Positions 50,099 to 63,500 of a stretch of 64,000 bases of DNA are shown here, piece after piece. This DNA is from Ylistrum balloti (lineage: Eukaryota): contig NW_026781909.1 in assembly GCF_031769215.1 (NCBI RefSeq), positions 1,054,001-1,118,000 on the forward strand, read 5' to 3'. The notes under the pieces were generated by a model that ran no database searches, had not been told where the DNA came from, and saw only the letters and a list, made by a program, of their open reading frames with translations. A program made the position numbers and the translations under genes. How positions within the stretch are numbered: the first letter of the stretch is position 1; every line of letters begins with the position of its first letter.

Positions 50099-51099
50099 TA
50101 TTGATGAAGTTATTCTTGCATTATTGTAACTTTTGTAATCGGGAAACGGTCGAGACTGAGGCAACTTGTTGAATTTTGCAGTAAAAAATTCAACTGAAAC
50201 AACGTTTAGCCGTCTTCCCTCAGATGCCACTATGGAAATGTGAATTGTTTTCATAATAACTTTAAAAAATGTACAAAAAGTCTTGAATAATTTTGACTAG
50301 AATTGATTAAAATCCACGACTTGTGTGACATATGTACAAATCTGTATCTTTCATTGTTAGGATTGCACGTATAATAAAAAACAAACTGCTTCAACAGATC
50401 ATAAACAACAACTTTTGATACATCATCTGAATAGACCATCATTGGTATGAATTCCTTTCTATTTTGTCAAAATCTACTGAAGTACTCAGTTTTCATTAGT
50501 CATCATCATTATAAAACTTCCAGCTAACCTATTTATCACGAATAACTCTTTGGGATTCCAATGTAATATGATTCAAAGTCATCAAATCTTTGTATAGAGG
50601 TCACCTGCCTATAAAGGCCACTGTCTGAAGACAATTTTTTACAAACAAAAACAAATGTAAAATTGAAAACAACATACTTGGTATAGTTATAGCTTGAATA
50701 AACTTTTGGCTAAATGAAATAAATGACTCATATTCATGTATATTCATTTATCACAATTCTATTCATAACAAAAATCACAAAATGTTGTTCTTAATCATCA
50801 CATGACAATTGAATGACGTCTAGGATTCTGTTAATGGTTGTGGTATCTCTCTTACCTCCCCTTACCTGATGGACGAGACACGTGTCTGGATACAGTGTAT
50901 GCAGTATACAATCTTACAAAAGTTTAACATTTAACATGACATTATGAAATGTGTCTAAGAATTTTAGAAACTGTTTGACTACTGTTTCGTCTTTCACATA
51001 TAAAATGAAACAAATTTAAGATCCTTACAAAACAATAGACTTTTGGCAAATGTTGTAGAATGTCTCTATTTTGAATATTGCATTAACCCTTTGTACTTA

Positions 51100-51345
51100 T
51101 GTAACCCTGGTAAAATACTAGCCGCAATTTACCACTCGGCTATTTGAGAACTTCTCTTTAATATGATTGGTTGAGCATCAGACTAGTAAGCCAGGGGTCC
51201 CGGGTTCGATTCCTAGCGGAGGTAAGTTTCAGCTCAATGAGACATGTAGAACTTGAGAAGAAGTTGAAAACGTTTATGACGGACGACGCCGGACAAACGG
51301 CGATCGCAATAGGTCATCAGACCCTTCGGTCAGATGACCTGTAAT
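51100..51345. repeat. Composite interspersed repeat fragment: tRNA-like segment plus terminal hairpin
   Basis: ggttgagcatcagactagtaagccaggggtcccgggttcgattcc (B-box) at about 51169-51213. gacggacgacgcc is followed by the hairpin AGGTCATCAGACC-CTTC-GGTCAGATGACCT at 51311-51340 (12/13 paired), typical of non-autonomous Helitron/Helentron-type ends (inference). Confidence 0.5.
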
Positions 51346-52668
51346 TGTAAAAACCCTTACCACATCAGATTTAGAAACTACAATTTACATATGAACTTGT
51401 TTTATAAAGTAAATCTGTCAACCAAAGATACATACAAGCTGAATTGATTTCAGTTACAAACATAGAACAAAAATTTACAGGGATATTGAATTTTTTAAAT
51501 TCAGAATATCACATAAATACCAAGATGTGTATGGAAATACCACATACATAAACAGTAAAATGATTCATTTTCATGGGAATTAATTTCCATTGAATTTGTG
51601 GCTACACTAAATTCACAATTTTATACGTCCAAAATATAAATGGACAGAAGTTGACCTGGATTACTGGACTAGTGGATTTCACGACGAAGACTTAACAACA
51701 AAATCAACTGCCAACAAAAATGTTTATATTGGAAAACCCTGAAATTAGAGCTCCACAAAAATATATGATTTTACAGTATATGGTATATATCAAACGGATT
51801 AACTTTTACAGCATTCGCAAATTTTTATCCAAATGAAAAGAGTTAATCATTCTTAACTCTGTGATTAAAAACACAATAAAATGGCAGCTTTTAATTTCAA
51901 CTGAAATCATAAATTTCAACATAAACGAAAACTTGAAAAAGTATATTAATATCCTGAGGAAATTTGAAAAAAAAAGCTTATATTAATACTACACTTACAA
52001 TGCAAATGCTGAAAACATCTTAATGTGAGATTCCATTATTTGTTTGCAATTGATTAATACCTTTTATATGATGAGACCATTGTATCAAAGTGTTTGACAA
52101 AATAACAAGAAACATCAAATAAATCTTGTCACTATTATATGATCTTTGTCCTCTCTATGTAAGTTTGATGTTGCCTTTTCTGTATTTATTTTCTGTATTG
52201 ACAAGACAAGGAATCTTATGTTCACATCAATCAATACATGCTATAAATCTAGCAATGGCTACATCATATAAATTTCTTTTTTGCATTTGACACATTGTAA
52301 ATTCTCAATCAATTGATCAAGGATTTCAATTAATTTTGATTTGTATCATTTGCAACAATGAACAATATATCCTGATCATACTCCAGTCCTATGATCTATT
52401 CTCACAAAAAATACATCACATAAAATATGTGAGTGTTATAATTATAATATCTCCCTATATTCTACTGGTAAGCGAGATCAGACAATGGAATATCAGCCAT
52501 GTTATTTCTGTAGTATGAGGTATTCTGTAAAATGATTGCCCCATATCCACTATTTTTCATTTCTTGACCACTTCTACTTAATGCTATAAAAATTAATTAA
52601 TAAGATATTCAAAAATGTGATAAGAACTTACGGATATCTAACTGAGGTATATCTACATTAAATCAATT

Positions 52669-54358
52669 CTTATTAATTGGTGATCTTAGAGAAATTAGTT
52701 CTTATTAATAGGTAATCTTAGAGAAATTAGTTCTTATTAATAGGTAATCTTAGAGAAATTAGTTCTTATTAATTGGTTATCTTAGAAAAATTAGTTCTTA
52801 TTATCCCTTTCGGCACCAATTATCTCTTACAATGTACAGCTCAGCGCCAAATATTTTCCAGAAAATATCCAAAACAATGGCAGCATTACTGAAACAAGCA
52901 CATCTTGGCTAATAATAAAGATATTAACTTGGTCGACCAAAGTCGCCTACGGCGGCCTGTCTGCATGTCGACTTTAGTCGCCTACAGCGCCGAAAGGGTT
53001 AATTGTTAATCTTAGAGAAATTAGTTCTTATTAATAGGTAATCTTAGAGAAATTAGTTCTTATTAATAGGTGATCTTAGAGAAATTAGTTCTTATTAATA
53101 GGTAATCTTAGAGAAATTAGTTCTTATTAATAGGTAATCTTAGAGAAATTAGTTCTTATTAATAGGTAATCTTAGAGAAATTAGTTCTTATTAATTGGTA
53201 ATCTTAGAGAAATTAGTTCTTATTAATAGGTAATCTTAGAGAAATTAGTTCTTATTAATTGGTAATCTTAGAGAAATTAGTTCTTATTAATAGGTAATCT
53301 TAGAGAAATTAGTTCTTATTAATAGGTAATCTTAGAGAAATTAGTTCTTATTAATAGGTAATCTTAGAGAAATTAGTTCTTATTAATTGGTAATCTTAGA
53401 GAAATTAGTTCTTATTAATTGGTAATCTTAGAGAAATTAGTTCTTATTAATTGGTAATCTTAGAGAAATTAGTTCTTATTAATTGGTAATCTTAGAGAAA
53501 TTAGTTCTTATTAATAGGTAATCTTAGAGAAATTAGTTCTTATTAATAGGTAATCTTAGAGAAATTAGTTCTTATTAATAGGTAATCTTAGAGAAATTAG
53601 TTCTTATTAATTGGTGATCTTAGAGAAATTAGTTCTTATTAATTGGTGATCTTAGAGAAATTAGTTCTTATTAATAGGTAATCTTAGAGAAATTAGTTCT
53701 TATTAATAGGTAATCTTAGAGAAATTAGTTCTTATTAATAGGTAATCTTAGAGAAATTAGTTCTTATTAATAGGTAATCTTAGAGAAATTAGTTCTTATT
53801 AATAGGTAATCTTAGAGAAATTAGTTCTTATTAATAGGTAATCTTAGAGAAATTAGTTCTTATTAATAGGTAATCTTAGAGAAATTAGTTCTTATTAATA
53901 GGTAATCTTAGAGAAATTAGTTCTTATTAATTGGTGATCTTAGAGAAATAAGTTCTTATTAATAGGTAATCTTAGAGAAATTAGTTCTTATTAATAGGTA
54001 ATCTTAGAGAAATTAGTTCTTATTAATAGGTAATCTTAGAGAAATTAGTTCTTATTAATAGGTAATCTTAGAGAAATTAGTTCTTATTAATAGGTAATCT
54101 TAGAGAAATTAGTTCTTATTAATAGGTAATCTTAGAGAAATTAGTTCTTATTAATAGGTAATCTTAGAGAAATTAGTTCTTATTAATTGGTGATCTTAGA
54201 GAAATTAGTTCTTATTAATAGGTAATCTTAGAGAAATTAGTTCTTATTAATAGGTAATCTTAGAGAAATTAGTTCTTATTAATAGGTAATCTTAGAGAAA
54301 TTAGTTCTTATTAATAGGTAATCTTAGAGAAATTAGTTCTTATTAATTGGTGATCTTA
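52669..54358. repeat. 32-bp tandem array, about 46 copies, interrupted by a MITE
   Basis: Unit ttagagaaattagttcttattaataggtaatc; period 32. Confidence 0.96.
52805..52998. mobile_element. 194-bp piggyBac-type MITE
   Basis: Termini CCCTTTCGGC...GCCGAAAGGG (10-bp perfect TIR). Right flank TTAA, left flank TTAT, positioned at the TTAA of a satellite unit. Confidence 0.7.
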
Positions 54359-54501
54359 ATTATCATGGCAGACAAATCTGACATTATGTAATTGCACATA
54401 TGAAGTGGTAAAACTTCAGGTTCTTTAAATTCTTACTTGAAGTTTAGTTTATAATTTTGTTGTGTAATTTTTTGGATTAAACAAAATCATATAGACAAAT
54501 T

Positions 54502-57500
54502 TTACTTAATCACCATTTCAGGCCAGTATGGTACTCGAATTTTCTTCACAGATCCATCAAATACTCGGTCCATCCAAGTTATGTAGCCTTTCAAAAGGTC
54601 CTCTACCATGGGCTGGTCTCCTTTGAAGCGTTTCTCCTCCGAATCTGATTCTTCATCGGTATCAAAAAATCCTATTGAGCTTGGTATGTTTTCAGTGTGT
54701 TGACGGACCCATTTCCGCACTCGTTTTGGGTGGTAGATATAGTAATAGTTTCTGAAACCATTAATGGCCAGGACAGTTCCCACACAGCTCTTGACTTTAA
54801 TGTTTGAGAGATCCTGTTTGAAATCAACACATTCTTCTAGTAAGTGTCTGTACCATCCAAGGTAGAGATCCAAGTCGATGAAACCAAATGTCAAGGCACT
54901 GTACCTACAATGGTTGTAAGATTATAGATAAGTAAGTAAACAACAGCACCAACCTATTAAACAATATCTTTCTACCATTTCCATATACAATACATATAAT
55001 ACTGGTCCTCAACTCCACATCAGATATTGTCAAGTCTGGGGCCCTGGAGTATCAGTACAAATTTAGAATAATGTTTGATTTCAGATAGCTGGGGCTAATC
55101 TTTGACATTACAATTTATCCACTATATATAACTTACATACACCCCATATTTCTCCCAATAAAGTTATATTGTTATATCAGTTTGTTTTTTTATAAATTCT
55201 CTACATATTTAGAGATAAACAAGGAATCTATGTTATCTGTAAGCTTTTTTCCATTTTATCACTACATTTGTACATCTTTTACATCAAGTTTACTGGCCCC
55301 TGACCTTTCCTCACCAGGCACTACCAACACCTGTATCATACACTGGTGGGAATAGGTTGGCTACCAACAGTGTTGTTTAGAAATGTCCCCTTATCTTAAC
55401 ACTACAAGCTAAACAGAGTTACTTCCCCTGGACCTGATGTCCATTCTATACTTGATTCTGATGGTTCCAGATGCTGATTGCCTTCAGCAAACTTGCAGTA
55501 GGCATATGACATTAAGGAATTGATTTTGTCTGTCTCTCCAAGCCTGTAGACACCTTCCTCACTGACTTGTATCATTAACGCATGTGCCCTAAGATTAAGA
55601 TCAAGGTTGTCTTGCTGGCAGTAAACAGCATGACTGTGCCAGTCAGTCAAGAGTGCCAACAACTTTTTGACATTCTGGTTTACATAGGACATTCCAAAAT
55701 CAGAAGTCACTTAGCAGATACTATTCAGCTTTTATCTACCTTGTATAATTTGGGAAAACTAGTTCTCCAAAGCGGTTGAGCAGCCTCTCTTTTGATTCCT
55801 CGTCCACCAAGAGGGCAAAGGTCAACCCGGTCTCCACATTGACAATCAAGTCATTATATGACTTATAGTTGATCTCATACAAGTTGACTTTCTTGTTGTC
55901 TACAGAACTGAAAATAGGAGAAATTTCAAACTGAGCATTTTCTTTTACATGATTCTTGGATATCATTAAAAAGATGTTGACATAAACCTAATACATTTCT
56001 AAAAGTCAAAACACTGTTTCTGTATAGAAAGCAAATAATTCTCTAATTCAACTTAAACTGTTCATGTCAAAAATAGAAAAAAATAAATTTTATTAAAAGA
56101 TTAAAATGAAACAACAAAATATTTGTCAGTAAAGGTTTGCACATACTGTAAATCATCTATTACTAGGAATGAGAAATATTGAAAGATAAAAAAAAATTCT
56201 TTAAAAATTCAGTACAGACAGATGGTGACTAAATCAGATTTGATAATCAATGATTACATACGTTGAAGGAGGTCTGGATTTCACATTTTTGGGTTTCTTT
56301 TCCATCACCTGCTCATGTTCTATAGCCGCCATTTTGTTCATGAAATATCCCATACAAAACATGAGGAACAGAGAGAGTAGGACAGTTCCTATTGTAAAAC
56401 CGTCGTACCTGGGTAAACACACAAGGTTTATCTGTTAGTTCACACAGTAAAATGGTTGTACCTGAGTAAACACAAGGTTTATCTGTTAGAACCTACAGTA
56501 TAACAGTCATACCTGAGTAAACACAAGGTTTATCTCTTAGTTCCTATAGTAAAACAGTCATACCTGAGTAAACACAAGGTTTCTCTGTAAGTTCCTGCAG
56601 TAAAAACAGTCATACCTGAGTAAACACAAGGTTTATCTGTAAGCTCCTGCAGTAAAAACAGTCATACCTAAGTAAACACAAGGTTTATCTGTAAGTCCCT
56701 GCAGTAAAAACAGTCATACCTGAGTAAACACAAGGCTTATCTCTTTGTTCCTGCAGTAAAAACAGTCATACCTGAGTAAACACAAGGTTTATCTGTAAGT
56801 TCCTGCAGTAAAAACAGTCATACCTGAGTAAACACAAGGTTTATCTGTAAGTTCCTGCAGTAAAAACAGTCATATCTGAGTAAACACAAGGTTTATCTGT
56901 AAGTTCCTGCAGTAAAAACAGTCATACCTGAGTAAACACAAGGTTTATCTGTAAGTTCCTGCAGTAAAAACAGTCATACCTGAGTAAACACAAGGTTTAT
57001 CTCTTAGTTCCTGCAGTAAAAACAGTCATACATGAGTAAACACAAGGTTTATCTCTTAGTTCCTGCAGTAAAAACAGTCATACCTGAGTAAACACAAGGC
57101 TTATCTCTTTGTTCCTGCAGTAAAAACAGTCATACCTGAGTAAACACAAGGTTTATCTGTAAGTTCCTGCAGTAAAAACAGTCATACCTGAGTAAACACA
57201 AGGCTTATCTGTTAGAACCTACAGTATAACAGTCATACCTGAGTAAACACAAGGTTTATCTGTAAGTTCCTGCAGTAAAAACAGTCATACCTGAGTAAAC
57301 ACAAGGTTCATCTCTTAGTTCCTGCAGTAATACAAAGTCCTTATCACTATCATATGATGTCATCAAGAAACATCACCAAGAACATCATGTAGTGGAGCAT
57401 AAAAGTCCTTGATATTTTTCAGACAAGAAAGACAAGCAATACACATTGTTGGTAACTGATAAGACTGGTGTATTAACTATAAGACTGTGATCTAAATTAT

Positions 57501-60500
57501 TATTATTGTTGCGTTTTAAATATATTTTATAAGAACATATAAACTATACACCACCTAACCAACCGATATCCAGAATTTTAACACCAAAAAGTGTAAGTGT
57601 TTTCTTACTAAGGAAAATTACATTACAGTCAACAAGACACCCTAATCATTAATTCAATATACTGTGGTTTGTACAGATTTGTATTTCAGTATAAAATTAA
57701 GAAATGTTCATCTGATATGAATGCTCCATTTCCTTTGTATAATGTGACCTTGACTCTTTACCCTTGACCCAAGACCATCTTTATGTGATATGATGTACAG
57801 AACTTGATGTTATGACACTACTGAATAAACAGGAATCCGATCTGTTAAGGAATTCTCAAAATAAGACATTGATTTTTAACAGAACAAAATGAATTAAAAT
57901 GGAAGAACATGTGGAACATTAACACCATATGCCCTCTCATCTCCCCACAAAAATTTTATGGACATAATAATTTGATTTGATGATAGTTGTTGTTAATAAC
58001 CAGTCTTAAACACTTATACCATAAGCCTTTAAAAGAGAACGGAACCTGTAATGTTGACAACCTATGTGTAATAAACGCTTGTTACACATAATAAATGTAC
58101 ACTATTAAATTTAAACTTTATTTATTTTACAACAATTGCGAAAAAAGTTATTTCAGCTTATACTAATCACTCTTGTTGGCCCGGATGTAAGCACATGAAA
58201 GGTGTTACTGCCAGGGGAAACCGGAGAACTCAAGGAAAACCCCTCAAGTCTGGTCTGGAAATCAAACCCTCGACAGCTAAGTGAAAGTCGAGTGCATTAC
58301 CACTGTGCTGCCTGGCCACCCAGGTAAGGCAGTGGTAACGCATAACATAACAGGTTCAGTCCTCTGCTGGTGTGAATTGAACTGTACACAATTTTTTTAT
58401 TTGGTTAAATTAACAGAGCTGTTTCCTCATTTTAGCAAATAAAACATTTGACAACATCGTTAATAACCTCTTATAATCTATCATATCCTGACACCGATAT
58501 CCTGAATACAACTTGTACGATCAGGTTAAAATTTATTATAATGTCTTTACTTCATTTTACTGTGACAATGCAAAGTTTATCTCCACTAGTATTAATGATT
58601 CCCATTGGCCTGGGATGAAAGTGAGCCAGAGGTCTTACAGGAGGGAATCTGCTGTATCCATGGAAACGGAGCTCACATGGTCAGACTGGTGTCTTACTGC
58701 CGTGCATCTCAACCAGCCTTGGTTAGGATAAAATACTTACGATGTGAAAAAGGAGAATACTCTCTCAGCCCAGTCAAGGAGTCTGTACACAATGCGCACC
58801 ATGAGACCCTGTTTAATGAGATAAGATTCCATCCTTGACGAAACTCAAAATCAAAACAATAAACTGTACATAACATGAACTGCTGTCCCCTGATAAGGCT
58901 TCTAACCAAGTTTGAACTAAAAGAAATCAAACTAAAAAGTTGAATTTTTCCTATATAAAATCTTCCATCCAAGAACATTAGACAATCTTTGGAACTTCAC
59001 TCAATTTGACCCATTTTTGACCCCGCCAATCAACCCCTGAAGGGGTCAGCCAAGGTCAATATGTGCATCTCATCTAAATGTCAGATTATATGATTCTTAT
59101 CAAGTTTGAACTATTTCTGAAAGAAAAAGAAATTATGCTCAAAAATGTAATTTAACTATATAAACAATAGTAAATTTTCCCCCCTCCCCTGGGGGAATTG
59201 TGAGACAATGGGGTCATGAAATTTACAATTTTGGTAAAGCCTCTGAAAGCCTTTCCATCCATCTACCATACCTGGATTTGAGAAGAAAACTTTTGAAATT
59301 TCAATCAATTTGACCCTTTTTGGCACCGCCCCTCAGGCCCCTTGGGGTTGGGGACCATTTATTTACAATTTTAGCGTGTCTTTAACCAAGGAAGGTTTCC
59401 GTAAAATTTCATTGGTTCAGGTGTTTCCAGGAAAATGTTAAAAGACACATGAAGCTGGACAAAAGGGGATCCCGTTTATCACCCTGAGACTCTGTCTGAG
59501 GTGACCTTTCAACTTTAATGTTAATATGTACATCTTTTATTTATATCTATCATCATCATGAATTCCTAGAAGAAATTTTGTAATTGTAAAGGTACACAAC
59601 CCGATAATGCTTCAACACACAAATCTTGGTTCCTTGAGCAACCAAATGTGTTTAAAAACTCAAGTCTCATATTTACTGTACACATTGTCAGCATATAGAA
59701 GATCAATAAAGATCATTAACTTGGTGGTTATGGAACTATATATCAGTTGTTTATCATGTAAATAAAATGTCCTAAATATAAGAGCACCCACTTATACATA
59801 ATTATAGCTTTAGTAGAAGTACCCACAAACCCTATAGTGTTGTCCAGTAATAAGCCCACCTCAGTCAAAACTAAGAGTCTATGTAATGTCACACTGGGTT
59901 TTGTTTACGGTAAACATGGTACTGATTAAAACTAATCCAAATGTCACCACCTATACCATACTTTTTCTGTCACAAGCCCATGTGTAGTAATAACCTCACT
60001 CAGATCTATTTACAGTTTCATATAAAAGATGCCCAACATCAGTAATTAATCCCCCTGGGCTTAACATGCAGAACTATCCAACTATCCCCCCCCACCCCCT
60101 CCCAAAAAAAAGAAAAATCTTTTAATATTATAGATGTAATTTTATATCTCATCCTGACATAAAACAATTCATGGTATGGATAGTGAACCAAGTCTCAGTA
60201 ACCTCACCATCAACCTTTGTCAGTAGACATGTATATAACTACCAATAAATCGGATAATACTCAGTACTGTCAATTTACATACCAAAGCATGTTCGTTATG
60301 GAACTCCGGTAAAAGAGTCTTGTACGCCAAAGACTGATCAGAGTTAAGGAGAAGCTTGACTTTCTCCTCCAGGTATTCTTCACATTCCTCTAGTCGATTT
60401 GGATCAGCACTCCATCCCGATTTCAGCCAATCATAGCTCAGGTGGTATATATCCATCCTCCATATAAGGACAACCTACAACAAATCAGGCAGTGATAAGA

Positions 60501-63500
60501 AGTAGTCTCATTATTTTCAATCTATCTCATCTTTCAAGTGTTTCTGATACTGTGGATAGAAAAACGTTTGCTTAGATTTCTTTCTCCCTCATTTATGACT
60601 GTTCAAATACCATATGTTGGAATAAGGGTATGATAATATCAGATGTACAATATTTATAAGAACGCAAAAACATGATTTTCACAAATCTAAAAAGCAGTCA
60701 GGGCACTGCAGGGCATGACAATATACACCCTCTGATGTCGAGGAAATATTCATGGTTTATTAAATCAAACTCAATATAATTATCAAAATGGTCATATTTT
60801 ACGAGATGCTAAGAGAGAAAAAATAGTGTTATATATGTTTGGATAATAAATTAAAACATCTCCAGTTGAAAACAGAAGGAAGAAAATGTCTGGAGAAGAA
60901 TACTGTAAACAATGAATACGTGAAAATTAATCCATGTTAATTAAATGTAGATAATGAACATCAATGTCTTAGGAATCATTTGTTGTTTTAAACCATTATA
61001 ATGATTTACCTTACATACTGTTTATCGTGAATCTACATGTACAGTACATACAGCTGTAAGGCATTGTGTAAATATAATGGTAAATTCAATGCTATCATTT
61101 TTGACAAATGTATATTGATGTGAAAAGATATCATTGCTGTGTAGTAATCACCTTTAGTGAGTTATTCCTTTAAAGTCTGTATAAACCTGTCTTATTAAAG
61201 CTAGCATCATTTCATAAGTTTCTAAGCTGATTATTTTTACTATTTTTCAATGTAAGGTCAAAATAGAATGCCTTTACTAGTACCGACATCCTGACAGAAT
61301 GATATACCATTGTAGACATGGACATCTGAACCAATGTGAAGATTAACGCTCTTCTGCACTCAAAAGCAGATGAGCTGAAAATCAAATTAGTCCATTCAGA
61401 CCAAGAAAATCTATCAAACAATGTTAATTATATGTGGGAAGTAAGTCTTAAATAAATACCTTTACAGCATTTTTTTCAACAACAGATTTGCTTCCCTTTG
61501 TTAAACTCTTCACGAAATCCTTCTGGGTGTCTTCATATATGTAGGTAAATCTCACACGATCCTGTTGTAGAAATGGGGACCGTCGAATGTACTGACGGAA
61601 TGATTCACGATAGACTTCATTATTTTTTGCTTTCTTTGTAAAAAGAACAATGCACAATCTGCAAAATAAAAGGAATGATTAATAATAAACAATACAATGT
61701 AGAGATGTCAAAAAAGAACAACAATTTTGTATAAGTATAATACCTCAATCTTTCCTCCATTGTTTAGACAATTTTCCTGGTAAGGGTTTAGAGGATAGAA
61801 AACCTACTATCATGATAATCTAAAATCTCAAAAGCCTTATAATCCTGGAAAACCTTCACAATCAGAAATATATAGAAAACTTCAAACCATTCCATGATAT
61901 TCCCTTTTGCTTCAAACTTTTGCTTAACACACAGAAATATGAACCACTCATTAGTAAAAAAAAAAAAAAAAATTAAAGAATTTAACCTATTTAACCCTCA
62001 ATATATTGGTACGTATGGATACATTTCCTAATATTTGAACCTTTTTATGCCATAAATCTGTGATAAATTGCAAAGCTCCATTCTCGACATACCTGGTACA
62101 TAATACATTTGTATACATTATTTGATTGCTCTGTAAAGTGAAATATGCCATTTTACATCTTTAGTTTTCTTGAACCTCTAAACCCCTTAAACCATACTTA
62201 TTACACTTACCAGTATGTTTAAACTACAGCCCACATTCCAATAATAATACTACCAAAAAATTCCAATTCTCAAACAAAATTACCAAAGAATCAAATTTAT
62301 TTACTTTTTACGACGTGCTACACGTTCGATGGGGCAAAGCTCTTCAAATCGTTCTTGGGATGACAGTCTCGGCAGTAGCAAGAATTTGTTACTTTCAATA
62401 ACTTCATTTAGTGTACTCCGTGACAACTGATGCATCTGTTATAAACAAATTAACCACATGTTATTAATCAGCTGATCTTGACTTAACAGTCACCTCTCTA
62501 TATAGACAACTATGGTTTTGTATGGTCTTTATAAACAGGTTCAACTTTATCATACAAAGAAAAAAAAGTAATTTTGCAACAGAAGGAATGAAATAGGCAG
62601 AAAACATTTGCAGTAAGACCTGAATTTAAAAGTAACAGTAAAACCTGGACTTAAAAGTAACAGAAAATGACTTAGACTTACAGGAACAACATACTTTTGT
62701 AGTGACATTGACTGAGTAACTGATTAACTGATTATTTGAAATAAAGGAAAATGAAATTGACATTGAATAAGAGGAACTTCATAATGATCTTTAGTTCTGT
62801 TTTGAGGAGCTGAAGATGAATTTGTTTTAGATGTTTTTGCAAATGACTTTGATTTTAAGGAGCTAGATCATGACCTCAACCTTAAATAACTAGACAGTGA
62901 CCAATAACACTTACCAAACAGGAACCAATATTAAGATCATTTTGATCACTACAAATATATTGATGAAGTTGAGAGTTGAGGTCCAGATCTTCCTCATTAA
63001 ATAGAATATCTCGAGTGTGAATTTTACATATGATTATTTTAACACTTACACTAATAGTAGCGACTGGAGATGAAGATTCTTCATTAAACATGAGTAACGT
63101 GTCTCTGTGTTTATTAACTCCATTTTTCTTCATGATTTTCACAACGTCTGGTGATCCCGTATTTATATATGCAAATTTGACAAAATCTTTGTAGTACATT
63201 GCAGTGGCAAGAAATCTGATGGCAGGTTCTTCTTTCTGTCCTAAGATAATAGCCCGTACTTGGTTGTCTGTCCATCCATCTAGGAAAGCGTTGTATGTGC
63301 CATCTGTCAACTTCTGAATAACAAAGCAGGTAAATGTGAATTCATAGAGATCAGCATGTTTGATTGAGAAAAAAAAGCACGGAAAAAGACTAAATGTTCA
63401 TTAAAAGATACTAATGAAATAACTTTGGATGTCAAAACATCATTTTTGAGTATTTAAATCTTGGCACATGTATCAAATTTTTAAGAAAAAAATCTTAAAA

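Noticed and set aside
11904-51225. Functional tRNA genes at 11.9, 26.4 and 51.2 kb
   Set aside because: Promoter boxes are present but cloverleaf stems do not pair; treated as tRNA-derived repeats.
3720-57329. Tandem arrays as CRISPR arrays
   Set aside because: Units are contiguous with no unique spacers, there are no cas genes, and the DNA is eukaryotic.
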